NCBI GenBank assembly: GCA_004796385.1 | Contig: QZLD01000267.1 | Span: 1 to 56,290, forward strand | Length of the DNA stretch: 56,290 bases | Direction of reading: 5' to 3' | Source of the DNA: Gammaproteobacteria bacterium | Lineage (GTDB): Bacteria; Pseudomonadota; Gammaproteobacteria; QZLD01 | Part shown: positions 9,337 through 18,049 of the stretch, in pieces | How the letters are laid out: each line of letters begins with the position of its first letter | Position numbering within the stretch: position 1 is the first letter of the stretch | The notes under the pieces: model-generated | Told to the model about the DNA's origin: nothing | The model's database searches: none | The model's input: the letters and a program-made list of their open reading frames with translations, nothing else | Position numbers and translations under genes: made by a program

Positions 9337-10269
9337 CTATTTGCCTCTGAAAGGGGAGTTTGTATTGTGTCCCTGAGCACCGAATTGATGCAGGTTTTCG
9401 GCGATGCGGTTGAGTACGATCCATTTTTTACTGCACCATTCAGGAGCCAAAAGTATATCTCTTTTGGCAGTGCCGGTAATTCGGTGGAATACTATTTCTG
9501 CGGGAGTATTTCTTATCATCTCGGCAGCGACATTTACATAATCCTTTATATCTAAAGGGGTATATTTATTATTTTGCCACTGTTTTGCCAAGGTGGTGTT
9601 TTTGACTACATGCAGTGGGTGCAGTTTTAGTCCATTTACTCCGGCATCCAAAACTTTATTAAGGGTAATCAGACTCTCTTCAGGGTTTTCCCCTGGTAGT
9701 CCCACAATCAGATGAGTGCAGATATCTATATTGTATTTCCGTACTTTTGCTATTGCCTGAAGGTAGTCGTTGAAGTCATGTCCTCTGTTAACGTTTTCCA
9801 AGGTTTTATTATTTGCGGATTGCAGGCCCAGCTCAAGGCAGACAAAGTGTCCTGCATCTCTGTATTTTTGTAGTAGTTCCATAACCTCTATTGGAAGGCA
9901 GTCCGGTCTGGTGCCTACGGAAATACCAATAACATTTTCTCTCTCAAGGACAGATTGATAAAGTTCATCAAGGGATGAGACATCTGCATAGGTGTTGGTA
10001 TATGCTTGAAAATAGGCTATATACTTTTTTGCACCAGTTCTCTTTACTACTACTTTGCTACCGCTTTTTAACTGTTTCTCTATATCGATTTTCTGGGTTG
10101 TATTAGGATTGAATGAGGCATTGTTGCAGAAAGAACAGCCGCCTCTTCCTTTTACCCCGTCACGGTTAGGGCAGGTAAAATTAGCGTTTATTGTCAGCTT
10201 ATGAACCTTATGACCAAATCGTTTCTGTATAGAGTGACCAAAGGTGTTTACCAGTTCGGGAAGTTGCAT
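9337..10269 (-). CDS. TIGR01212/YhcC-type radical SAM protein
   Basis: 310 aa with the motif CPNRDGVKGRGGCSFCN typical of the YhcC family, and an ELGLQS-type TIM-barrel core. Its stop codon (9337-9339) directly abuts the ubiU ATG at 9336. Confidence 0.8.
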   Translation of the reverse strand: MQLPELVNTFGHSIQKRFGHKVHKLTINANFTCPNRDGVKGRGGCSFCNNASFNPNTTQKIDIEKQLKSGSKVVVKRTGAKKYIAYFQAYTNTYADVSSLDELYQSVLERENVIGISVGTRPDCLPIEVMELLQKYRDAGHFVCLELGLQSANNKTLENVNRGHDFNDYLQAIAKVRKYNIDICTHLIVGLPGENPEESLITLNKVLDAGVNGLKLHPLHVVKNTTLAKQWQNNKYTPLDIKDYVNVAAEMIRNTPAEIVFHRITGTAKRDILLAPEWCSKKWIVLNRIAENLHQFGAQGHNTNSPFRGK

Positions 10270-10434
10270 CTGAGAGTCTATCCGGTTGTTAATCTGAAGT
10301 AAAAGAGCAGGACATTATACGACAAACCACCATAAAAATCCGTTATAAAATTGCCTGGCGGATTGCCGATTATTCAGTTGGTTAAAATCTGCGGAACTTT
10401 TGTTTTTATTAGCAAATTCTAATATTTAGGTTGG

Positions 10435-10462
10435 TTGACAAACACAAATCATAACATATAAT
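10435..10462 (+). promoter_or_regulatory. Near-consensus sigma70 promoter upstream of the DUF485/actP-like operon
   Basis: TTGACA (10435-10440), a 16-nt spacer, then TATAAT (10457-10462). This implies a leader of about 200 nt before the ATG at 10667. Confidence 0.6.
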
Positions 10463-10666
10463 GCACCGAGTTTTACCCATAGGTGTGTGAGCTCTTTGCC
10501 AAAAGCAAAGGGTAATATGGGCAGTTTGTGGTGGTTTCCTTCATCGGGTAAGTTCTTTATCCGAGATTACCTGCATGTGTTGTGCGTTGAAATTGCCGTC
10601 AAACTATTAAAGGGCTGCCATATTTGGTGGATATGTGTATTAACTTTTAGTAGTAAGGAGAAGGTC

Positions 10667-10948
10667 ATGGGAGGTCATGGTCCAGCCGTAAAACTAGGAA
10701 AGGATAATGCCACTGGGTACAAGAGTGCTTTGGGCGTAAAACTTTTCTTCGTTTACTTGGTAGTTTACATTGGTTTCGTAGCAATTAATGTGTTTAAACC
10801 GGAGCTGATGGAAGAGGTGATAGGTGGTCAGAGTGTTTCGATTATTTATGGTTTTGGCTTGATTATTCTGGCCTTGATAATGGCTTTGGTCTATAACGCG
10901 ATGTGTGGTAAAGCTGAAGCTCGCCTTAATAAAGATCTTGATAAATAG
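10667..10948 (+). CDS. DUF485 (YjcH-like) small inner-membrane protein
   Basis: 93 aa from the ATG at 10667, preceded by AAGGAG at 10655-10660. It has two hydrophobic helices (LFFVYLVVYIGFVAINVF and IIYGFGLIILALIMALVY) and lies directly upstream of an ActP-like symporter, as yjcH does with actP. The upstream 60 codons of track ORF 10487.. look non-coding. Confidence 0.75.
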   Translation: MGGHGPAVKLGKDNATGYKSALGVKLFFVYLVVYIGFVAINVFKPELMEEVIGGQSVSIIYGFGLIILALIMALVYNAMCGKAEARLNKDLDK

Positions 10949-10959
10949 GGGGGTGACAG

Positions 10960-13104
10960 ATGATTTATGACGTATCTTATTTAGCCGTAGGGCTATTTTT
11001 GGGTTTTGTACTTTTTGTTGTTGGTATTTCATTCTATTTAGGAAGTAAAGCCAAATCTGCAGATGGTTATTATGCGGCTGGTGGAAGTATTCACTGGGCT
11101 GTAAATGGGGTGGCATTTGCGGGTGATTATCTATCTGCAGCATCATTCCTGGGTATTTGCGGAATGATTGCAACTAAAGGTTATGATGGTTTCCTTTATT
11201 CAATCGGTTATCTTGCCGGTTGGATGGTTGCGCTGTTCTTGGTTGCAGAGCCAATGAAAAGATTGGGTAAATATACATTTACAGACGCACTTGACAGTAA
11301 GTTTAATGCAAAATCAATTCAGTTGACTGCTGCAATCAGTACCCTGATCGTATCAATTTTCTACCTGATTCCTCAAATGGTTGGTGCCGGTGTTCTGGTT
11401 GAGCCTCTTATGGGTTGGGATCACTGGGTTGGTGTTGTTCTTGTAGGTATTGTTGTGACAATTATTGTGGCGACAGCCGGTATGGCATCAACTACCTATG
11501 TGCAGTTTCTTAAAGGTGGGTTGTTGATTGTATTTTCAGCAGTTCTGACTATTGGTATTCTTTCTCGTGGTCTGTTTGATCCAGATACAAAGAAAGGCCC
11601 ATTTTCAACTGAAGGTAGTGAATCTGATAAGCCTTATCACCATCTGAAAGATTATGATGCAACGGTTAATGGCGGTGTACTTCAGGTTTATGGTGAAGGT
11701 GCCGGCGAGTATAAATTTGTGAAGTTTATGGTTGCTGTAAATGACAAAGATGCTTCTAAAAACAAATACTATGCACTTATGACCAATAAGCAGGATATTC
11801 AGATTAAAGATGGCGAAAAGGTTTCCGGGTATGAGCTTGAGACTATCTGGCAGATTAAGGATGATTCGCATAGCGCATTTAGTGTTCAGGGCGAAAAGGG
11901 TAATGAAAAGGTAGTTGCAGTAGATGGAGCTAAAGTTAAGCTGCATGAGACTCTGTTTAAGAAAACCCTTACACAGGATGTTACTGTTGGCGGAGTATCT
12001 ACAAAAGAACTTTACAATGGTGCCCCGAAAGAGGCAGGTCTTTTCTTCAAGGTTGGTTCTGTTGAGCTTATCTGTAGCAAAGAGTTAAATGAAAAAGGTG
12101 AATGTGAAGGAAATGAGGTTGTGAAAGAGACAGGTTCACTTAATCCTCTGTCTTTCCTTTCCAGCGTTAGAAAGAGTCGTATAATTCTTTGGGATAAATC
12201 AAGAATTATTGATGGCGATAATACTTACGATATTCATTATCAGAAGCCAACATCGGGTAAAAAGATTCTTCGTCCGGGTATGAAATTTAAGGTTGGTAAG
12301 ACCTTTATGCAGAACCTGAACTTTGTATCTCTGATGCTTGCTCTGTTCTGCGGTACTGCAGCACTGCCACATATTCTTATCAGATACTACACCGTACCTA
12401 GTCAGTCTGCTGCTCGTAAATCTACGATCGTAGCGATTGGTGCAATTGGGTTCTTCTATGTTCTGACTCTGTTTATGGGGCTTGGGGCAATGACCAATGG
12501 TGTTATCAATATCGATTCCGGAAATATGTCTGCTCCATTAATGGCTCTTTCATTTGGTGTAGTACTATTCTCTATTATCTCTTCAATAGCATTTTCTACT
12601 GTACTTGGTACTGTATCGGGACTTATTGTTGCCGCTTCCGGTGCTGTTGCACATGACTTGTTGACCAACTTTATGGGTATAGATTTTACTGACACAGGTA
12701 AGGTTAAAGCCGGTAAGATTGCAGCGATTTGTGTTGGTGCTATTGCTATTGTTCTTGGTATCGCCTTTAAAGGTATGAACGTATCATTTCTTGTTGGTTG
12801 GGCATTTGCTGTAGCGGCATCTGCAAACCTTCCTGCTATTATGATGATTCTGTTCTGGAAACGAACTACATACCAAGGTGTTGCGGCATCAATCGTAGTA
12901 GGTATCGTTTCTGCTCTTACCATTATTCTGCTCTCACCGACTATGTTCGATAAATATGGCTATCTGAAGTCGGATGCTCCATGGGCGCTGGATAATCCTG
13001 GTATCGTTTCTATTCCTCTAGCGTTTATAACACTGATTGTTGTATCGCTTATGACAAATGGTACAGGTAAGACAGATGAAGAGTTAGAAGCTGAAAATGC
13101 GTAA
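10960..13104 (+). CDS. Sodium:solute symporter family cation/acetate symporter (ActP-like) with a large internal hydrophilic insertion
   Basis: 714 aa. SSF/ActP-like segments include GGSIHWAVNGVAFAGDYLSAASFLG, IPQMVGAG and GTAALPHILIRYYTV. Residues ~203-450 are hydrophilic and have no counterpart that I recognise in ~550-aa ActP proteins. Confidence 0.85.
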   Translation: MIYDVSYLAVGLFLGFVLFVVGISFYLGSKAKSADGYYAAGGSIHWAVNGVAFAGDYLSAASFLGICGMIATKGYDGFLYSIGYLAGWMVALFLVAEPMKRLGKYTFTDALDSKFNAKSIQLTAAISTLIVSIFYLIPQMVGAGVLVEPLMGWDHWVGVVLVGIVVTIIVATAGMASTTYVQFLKGGLLIVFSAVLTIGILSRGLFDPDTKKGPFSTEGSESDKPYHHLKDYDATVNGGVLQVYGEGAGEYKFVKFMVAVNDKDASKNKYYALMTNKQDIQIKDGEKVSGYELETIWQIKDDSHSAFSVQGEKGNEKVVAVDGAKVKLHETLFKKTLTQDVTVGGVSTKELYNGAPKEAGLFFKVGSVELICSKELNEKGECEGNEVVKETGSLNPLSFLSSVRKSRIILWDKSRIIDGDNTYDIHYQKPTSGKKILRPGMKFKVGKTFMQNLNFVSLMLALFCGTAALPHILIRYYTVPSQSAARKSTIVAIGAIGFFYVLTLFMGLGAMTNGVINIDSGNMSAPLMALSFGVVLFSIISSIAFSTVLGTVSGLIVAASGAVAHDLLTNFMGIDFTDTGKVKAGKIAAICVGAIAIVLGIAFKGMNVSFLVGWAFAVAASANLPAIMMILFWKRTTYQGVAASIVVGIVSALTIILLSPTMFDKYGYLKSDAPWALDNPGIVSIPLAFITLIVVSLMTNGTGKTDEELEAENA

Positions 13105-13127
13105 TTGTTTTTAGCTTGTGTTTTGAG

Positions 13128-13153
13128 ACTGGGCCACCGTAAGGTGGCTCAGT
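13128..13153 (+). terminator. Hairpin after the actP-like gene (weak T-tract)
   Basis: ACTGGGCCACC GTAA GGTGGCTCAGT forms a stem with 10/11 bp paired. It is followed by TGTATTC, so the U-tract is poor. Confidence 0.45.
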
Positions 13154-13213
13154 TGTATTCAAAGTTAGCTAAGTTATTTAAAATGTTTTGGTTCTCATTT
13201 GAGGTGTTAAATA

Positions 13214-13903
13214 ATGAAAAGGTTTAGAGTTACAATAACTGCTGTCTGTTTATTGCTGTGCTATCTTGGTTATACAAAGATAAGTTTTTTCCTGAGAAAT
13301 CAGGAATTGCAACAAACTGCATTTAGTAGTGATGGCACAGATATCAAATGGGACAGAGAGTGGGTGCAGATAAAAGGGGGATATCTTTTACTTGAAGAGG
13401 CACTGCCGGATGATTTTGAAAACAGATTGAATCCGGATGCCATTATTATTCCTTTGGTAGCTAATGTTTCTGATGATGAATTTCAGGTGTTTGTAGAGAC
13501 TAAGGATAAAAAGCTTATTGAAAGATATAAAAACTACAGTGATTTTGGTTTTGTAGCTGAAAATGAGAGAGCTAAGTATATAGAAGCGAATCCGGATCTT
13601 TTTAAGATTAGAAAAGATATTAAAGGGATAATAAAGACCGGTTATGCGGGGGATAAAAATCTAAAAACTATAAAAGACGGAGCAAAAGAAGCTGGAATAA
13701 AATTAACAAAAGGCGCTTTTTTTATTGAGGAGACCGCTGAGCCACCATCTATTATAGGTGGCGTTTTTATGGTGGTAATTGCAATACTGGGCCTGATAAA
13801 AGTAATGTTTTTATGGAAGAAAGAGACTCCTGAAAAGGTTTCAGGAGAAGAGTCAGTGTCTGAAATTGATTCTTCTGGTAGTGATGAGGTTAAATCCGAG
13901 TAA
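13214..13903 (+). CDS. Hypothetical membrane-anchored protein
   Basis: 229 aa. It has an N-terminal hydrophobic segment (VTITAVCLLLCYLGY), a second one near the C-terminus (IIGGVFMVVIAILGLIKVMFLW) and an acidic Ser-rich tail. I recognise no family. Confidence 0.55.
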   Translation: MKRFRVTITAVCLLLCYLGYTKISFFLRNQELQQTAFSSDGTDIKWDREWVQIKGGYLLLEEALPDDFENRLNPDAIIIPLVANVSDDEFQVFVETKDKKLIERYKNYSDFGFVAENERAKYIEANPDLFKIRKDIKGIIKTGYAGDKNLKTIKDGAKEAGIKLTKGAFFIEETAEPPSIIGGVFMVVIAILGLIKVMFLWKKETPEKVSGEESVSEIDSSGSDEVKSE

Positions 13904-14783
13904 CCGAGACCAGTTTGTCTGTATATTCGGTTAATTTTGCAGTTTTGTCTCGGGCTTCCTGAAGAGAAATATTTGATGACTGGACGTCATCTCTCATTTT
14001 ATTAAAGGTTTCCAGCGAGTTTTGGCATGATGTCGTAATTTTAGAAGCGGCATCAGTGGCTTGATATGAATTTTGATTTATATTATTCATGGATTCTTCA
14101 AGGATATTAAAAATCTCATCGACATGTTTTTTGCATTGAGTGATGCTGTTTTTTTTGCTGTAACTTTCGATTTTTTCTGAAATGAGGACATCTGTGTCTT
14201 CTGTTAACCCTTTAAGGGTAGAGTCAATTTCGTATGTTGCTGAGCTGGTTTCCTGAGCCAGATTTTTGACCTCTTCCGCAACATTTGAAAAACCTGCTCC
14301 TTTTTCCCCAGCTCTTGCGGCTTCTATGGTGGCATTAAGCGCAAGAAGATTTGTCTGTTTTGCAATAATATGTATGCCGGATGATACTTTGCTTATGCGT
14401 TTTAATGTTTGTGCCAGATTGGTTAGATCATTTTCAATATCCGCAATGGCTTCAACCAGTTGTCGAACTGTATTTAATGATTCCTGTGCGGGGGCTTGTG
14501 ATTGGTGAATATCGTCAAGCGATTGATTAACGGCTGTTATTATTTCATCGTAGTGTTTTTTTACCTCTTCGTTATATCCATCCAGTTTGTGAGAGTTATC
14601 GCTTAGTTCATTAAAAAGAGAGGTTTCAAAAGAGACTTTTTGAGTATTTGCATCCAGGTGGTTATTGATCTGCTCAATATGTTTTCCGATGCCGTTTGAC
14701 CCGTTTTTGACCTGATTGATAGTTATCAGGTATTTATCTTCCAGCTCTTTTGCGGATATTTTATTTTTATTCTCTATTTTCAT
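13890..14783 (-). CDS. Soluble methyl-accepting chemotaxis protein consisting of little more than the signalling domain
   Basis: 297 aa with no hydrophobic segment. The MCP hairpin-tip signature is [38 protein letters not shown]. Confidence 0.85.
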   Translation of the reverse strand: MKIENKNKISAKELEDKYLITINQVKNGSNGIGKHIEQINNHLDANTQKVSFETSLFNELSDNSHKLDGYNEEVKKHYDEIITAVNQSLDDIHQSQAPAQESLNTVRQLVEAIADIENDLTNLAQTLKRISKVSSGIHIIAKQTNLLALNATIEAARAGEKGAGFSNVAEEVKNLAQETSSATYEIDSTLKGLTEDTDVLISEKIESYSKKNSITQCKKHVDEIFNILEESMNNINQNSYQATDAASKITTSCQNSLETFNKMRDDVQSSNISLQEARDKTAKLTEYTDKLVSVTRI

Positions 14784-14791
14784 TTTTTTCT

Positions 14792-16231
14792 CTAACTGGT
14801 GTAGTTGATTCTTGCCGCACCCCAGTGTTTACCGTTAATAAATATTGGAGCGGATACTTCTTTAACAAGAGCAAAGTTACCGCCACCAAGATCACGACGA
14901 TAAGTTTGTAGTAAGAACGGTTTTGTATTTTTGGCGGATTTTAGTCCTACTCTGTCATCGAATATTCTTCGATTGCGACAATTTGACATATTCCATTGCA
15001 CATCATTTGTCTGTGGTTGAGACACTGATTTCATATGTGTGCCAATGTAACCATTGATATCACAGCAGACACTGGCAACAATATTGGGTAGTTTTCTTGA
15101 TGCTTCTTCCTGAAAAGGTGGAAACAGTCTGTCTGTAAGGTCAACAAAAGAGGTAGAAAACTGTTCCGGATTTGTTTCAGGAATAGAATCGTAGGTAAAG
15201 TCGAACAGTTTTTCCTCAGAAATTTCACCTCGCGATATTGCTTCTGCAAGAGTCGATGATGCGTTTGAGGCCATTTCTTTGGCTAATTCAATATAAGGAG
15301 TGTCAACTGTTTCAACCCCTTCAACCGCCGTCATGGTAATTAATTCCTGCGAAAATTCCAGAAGGTTATTAAGTTTATCGCTGGTGGAATTAATGTTTTC
15401 ATCTGATTCACGTATGCTGTCGGAAAGGGTATTTAGTTGTGAAACGGTTTTGTTTATTGCTCTGTCGATAGATTTAACTGAGTTGTTTGAGTATTCGGCT
15501 AGAACTTTTAGTTTTTCCAGAGTATTTACTGCTTTTTCTGAGCTGGAGGGGATTATGTCTATGTTTTCGTTTACTTTTTCTGAGAGTCTGGAGCATTCTT
15601 CTCCTTTTTTTTGCAAACCAATTGTGACTTGTTTTAGTTCACTTAGGATTTTATCAATTTCCTGTGTAGAATCGCTTGCCTGTTTTGCCAGTGTCTTAAC
15701 TTCATTTGCAACTACAGCAAAACCTCTTCCAGACTCTCCTGCTCTTACAGCTTCAATAGTTGCATTTAAGGCCAGGAGATTTGTCTGTTTGGCGATAGTG
15801 CCGATTCTTTTAGCTACCTTTCTGACATTTGCCAGAGATATTGAGAAGTTGTCGAAATGGTTATTTATGGTTGTTGCAGTTTCTCCGAGAGTGAGCAGGC
15901 TGCGTACGGATTTGTCTATTTTTATACGGTTGGAGTGGGCAATAGTTTCGGCATTTTCTATTGCTTTATTAATATTTCCGGTGCACTGATCTATAGTGTG
16001 ATTATTTTGGTCAAGGGTTGATGCAGCAATTTGCAACTCTTTTGTAAGGTCTGATTCTCTGGATACTTTCTCTGCAACTTCATCAACGCAGCCGGCGATG
16101 TCGACCACCTGAATGCCCAAGTGTCCGGCTGTGACTGCCGCCTGATTTATGACTCTGCGAAGTTCTTCAACTCTGACGCTGTTGTATTGCGAATCTTTTT
16201 TATTTTCTTTTTTCATTAATGGTGGTGGCAT
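14792..16231 (-). CDS. Soluble methyl-accepting chemotaxis protein with a C-terminal ~170-aa sensor-like domain
   Basis: 479 aa with no TM segment. The MCP tip is [38 protein letters not shown]. The C-terminal domain contains [34 protein letters not shown] and [12 protein letters not shown]. Confidence 0.85.
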   Translation of the reverse strand: MPPPLMKKENKKDSQYNSVRVEELRRVINQAAVTAGHLGIQVVDIAGCVDEVAEKVSRESDLTKELQIAASTLDQNNHTIDQCTGNINKAIENAETIAHSNRIKIDKSVRSLLTLGETATTINNHFDNFSISLANVRKVAKRIGTIAKQTNLLALNATIEAVRAGESGRGFAVVANEVKTLAKQASDSTQEIDKILSELKQVTIGLQKKGEECSRLSEKVNENIDIIPSSSEKAVNTLEKLKVLAEYSNNSVKSIDRAINKTVSQLNTLSDSIRESDENINSTSDKLNNLLEFSQELITMTAVEGVETVDTPYIELAKEMASNASSTLAEAISRGEISEEKLFDFTYDSIPETNPEQFSTSFVDLTDRLFPPFQEEASRKLPNIVASVCCDINGYIGTHMKSVSQPQTNDVQWNMSNCRNRRIFDDRVGLKSAKNTKPFLLQTYRRDLGGGNFALVKEVSAPIFINGKHWGAARINYTS

Positions 16232-16252
16232 TAATAATTATCTCCATGTTAC

Positions 16253-17722
16253 TTAGTCATGAGTAACTTTTAAATCGTATGTTAATCTTAGTGCTCCCCA
16301 GTGTTTGCCATTAACATACAGTGGTACTGAACAGTCTTTAACCAGCGCATATTCTCCGTTACCAAGAGGTGCTCTGTATGTCTGTAGTAAAAATGGTTTT
16401 GTGTTTTTGGCAGCGGCTAAGCCCACAGGGTCATTGAACATCATGCGATAGCGACTGTTTGTCTTATTCCACTCAGGATCATTTGGCCTTTGGGGGTGTG
16501 ATCTGAAGTTCATGTGTCTTGGCATGTAACCGTTGATATCTACAGCTACGCAGGCTGTAACTCTGTCGTTTTCCAGTGCAGGTTCCTGAATTGGTGGAAG
16601 ATGTTTGTCGCAGAATTCAGCGTATCTGGTCATTAGCTGTTGTGGATCGGTATTAGGAATAGGTTCGTAGTTTTGATCAAACAGATCTTGTTCGGTAAGT
16701 GAGCCTTTCTGAATTGCTTCTTCAAATAGCGTTTCAATTTGCTTTGCTTTACTTTTTACCATATCTATCATTGGAGTATCTACTGTAACAACTCCGGGAA
16801 CAACCGTGTATCTGATTAGTTCTTCTGTCCATGTTCGTAGTGTTGCTGCACGATCTCTTGCTTTTGAAACGGTATTTCGGGCTTCCTCAACATCTGATGT
16901 CAGGTCATTGAGGCCCTCAACAGTTTTTTCACATTGTATATCGATCTCTTTAACCGCATGTACTATATCTGTTGATTCACTGTCAATATCGTGAACAGTG
17001 TTGCCGATAGATTCAATTACATCCTGAATTTGTTGAGTTCCTTTTCTTACTTCGTTGGCTGTTTCTTTGTTGGCATCGCCCTGAGAGATAAGTGCTTCGA
17101 TCTGGGTGCTGAGGGTTGATAGGGTAGAGCTGATCTGAATAGTTGAATCGCCGGTTTTCTTTGCCAGATTTTTGACTTCTTCAGCAACAACAGCAAAGCC
17201 TTTGCCGGATTCGCCAGCTCTGGCGGCTTCTATTGTTGCATTGAGAGCCAGAAGGTTAGTCTGTTTTGCAATAGAGCTAATGGTTATTGCAATTTTGCGG
17301 ACTTCTTTAAGGGCATTACTTAGCTCTGCCAGTTGGTCGGAGCTTTTTGTAACCGATTCAGTAAGAATCATAATGTCGCTTAAAGACGATTCGATTGTTA
17401 CTTTGGAATCTTCGATGCTGGTGTTGGCGGTGTTTGCCAGTTCTTTGGCGTTATTTACTGCAGAATCAACCTTTTTATTGTTCTGCATCAGGATATTTGA
17501 GATTTCCTGCAGTTGTTTGAACATCTCTGTTTCATGTTCAATTTTTGCGTTAAGAATATCTACCCGACCTGCAATATCTACAACTTCTGTTCCTAAGCTG
17601 CCAACGCTACCTGCAGTTTTTTGCAAGGCGGCCATAACAACATCAGGATCAAAATCTCTGCTGTTTTCTTCATTCTTTTCTTTGTTATTGGAAAAGAAAT
17701 TTTTAAAAAAAGATAATCCCAT
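16253..17722 (-). CDS. Soluble methyl-accepting chemotaxis protein, paralogue of 14792..16231 with the same C-terminal domain
   Basis: 489 aa with no TM segment. The MCP tip is [38 protein letters not shown]. The C-terminal domain shares [25 protein letters not shown] and [12 protein letters not shown] with its neighbour. Confidence 0.85.
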   Translation of the reverse strand: MGLSFFKNFFSNNKEKNEENSRDFDPDVVMAALQKTAGSVGSLGTEVVDIAGRVDILNAKIEHETEMFKQLQEISNILMQNNKKVDSAVNNAKELANTANTSIEDSKVTIESSLSDIMILTESVTKSSDQLAELSNALKEVRKIAITISSIAKQTNLLALNATIEAARAGESGKGFAVVAEEVKNLAKKTGDSTIQISSTLSTLSTQIEALISQGDANKETANEVRKGTQQIQDVIESIGNTVHDIDSESTDIVHAVKEIDIQCEKTVEGLNDLTSDVEEARNTVSKARDRAATLRTWTEELIRYTVVPGVVTVDTPMIDMVKSKAKQIETLFEEAIQKGSLTEQDLFDQNYEPIPNTDPQQLMTRYAEFCDKHLPPIQEPALENDRVTACVAVDINGYMPRHMNFRSHPQRPNDPEWNKTNSRYRMMFNDPVGLAAAKNTKPFLLQTYRAPLGNGEYALVKDCSVPLYVNGKHWGALRLTYDLKVTHD

Positions 17723-18049
17723 GTTTAAAGATCTTCTTCCTTATGTATGTTAAACAAAGTGTTTCTTATATCTTTGTATAGTTGATTATTGCAGAAATGT
17801 GTATTGCAACCGATTTTTTGAGAAGAAACCGTAATAAACTCTGCCAACCAACTCTCAGGTTTAAGTATAGAAGAAAAAAACAGAAATGAAATTTAAGATA
17901 AAAAATCTTTTTTTGCTATTGTTTGCTATTCTTAAATAGGTATAAAGATTCTGGTTGTTATTATGCTTAAATGGTGTTTTAGTTGGCTGACAGATTCGGA
18001 ATTTTTAAAGTAGAATTTACATAACATTTTTTAAAGGCAGATTTTTATT

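Noticed and set aside
10487-10666. N-terminal extensions proposed by the ORF track for the DUF485 gene (10487), fliP (34663), the TolC fusion (22933), cheB (46903), cheY (43244) and the membrane protein (22409).
   Set aside because: The extensions lack ribosome-binding sites, overlap upstream genes or non-coding leaders, and precede internal starts that have good Shine-Dalgarno spacing and family-typical N-termini or signal peptides.
15300-15989. A 229-aa plus-strand track ORF. Similar long antisense ORFs include 17172..17753, 45242..45841, 34229..34750, 47349..47867 and 12456..12923.
   Set aside because: All lie entirely inside, and antisense to, genes with strong family signatures (MCPs, cheA, fliO, cheB, actP). 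Their low-complexity Ser/Leu/Ala-rich translations are typical of shadow frames.
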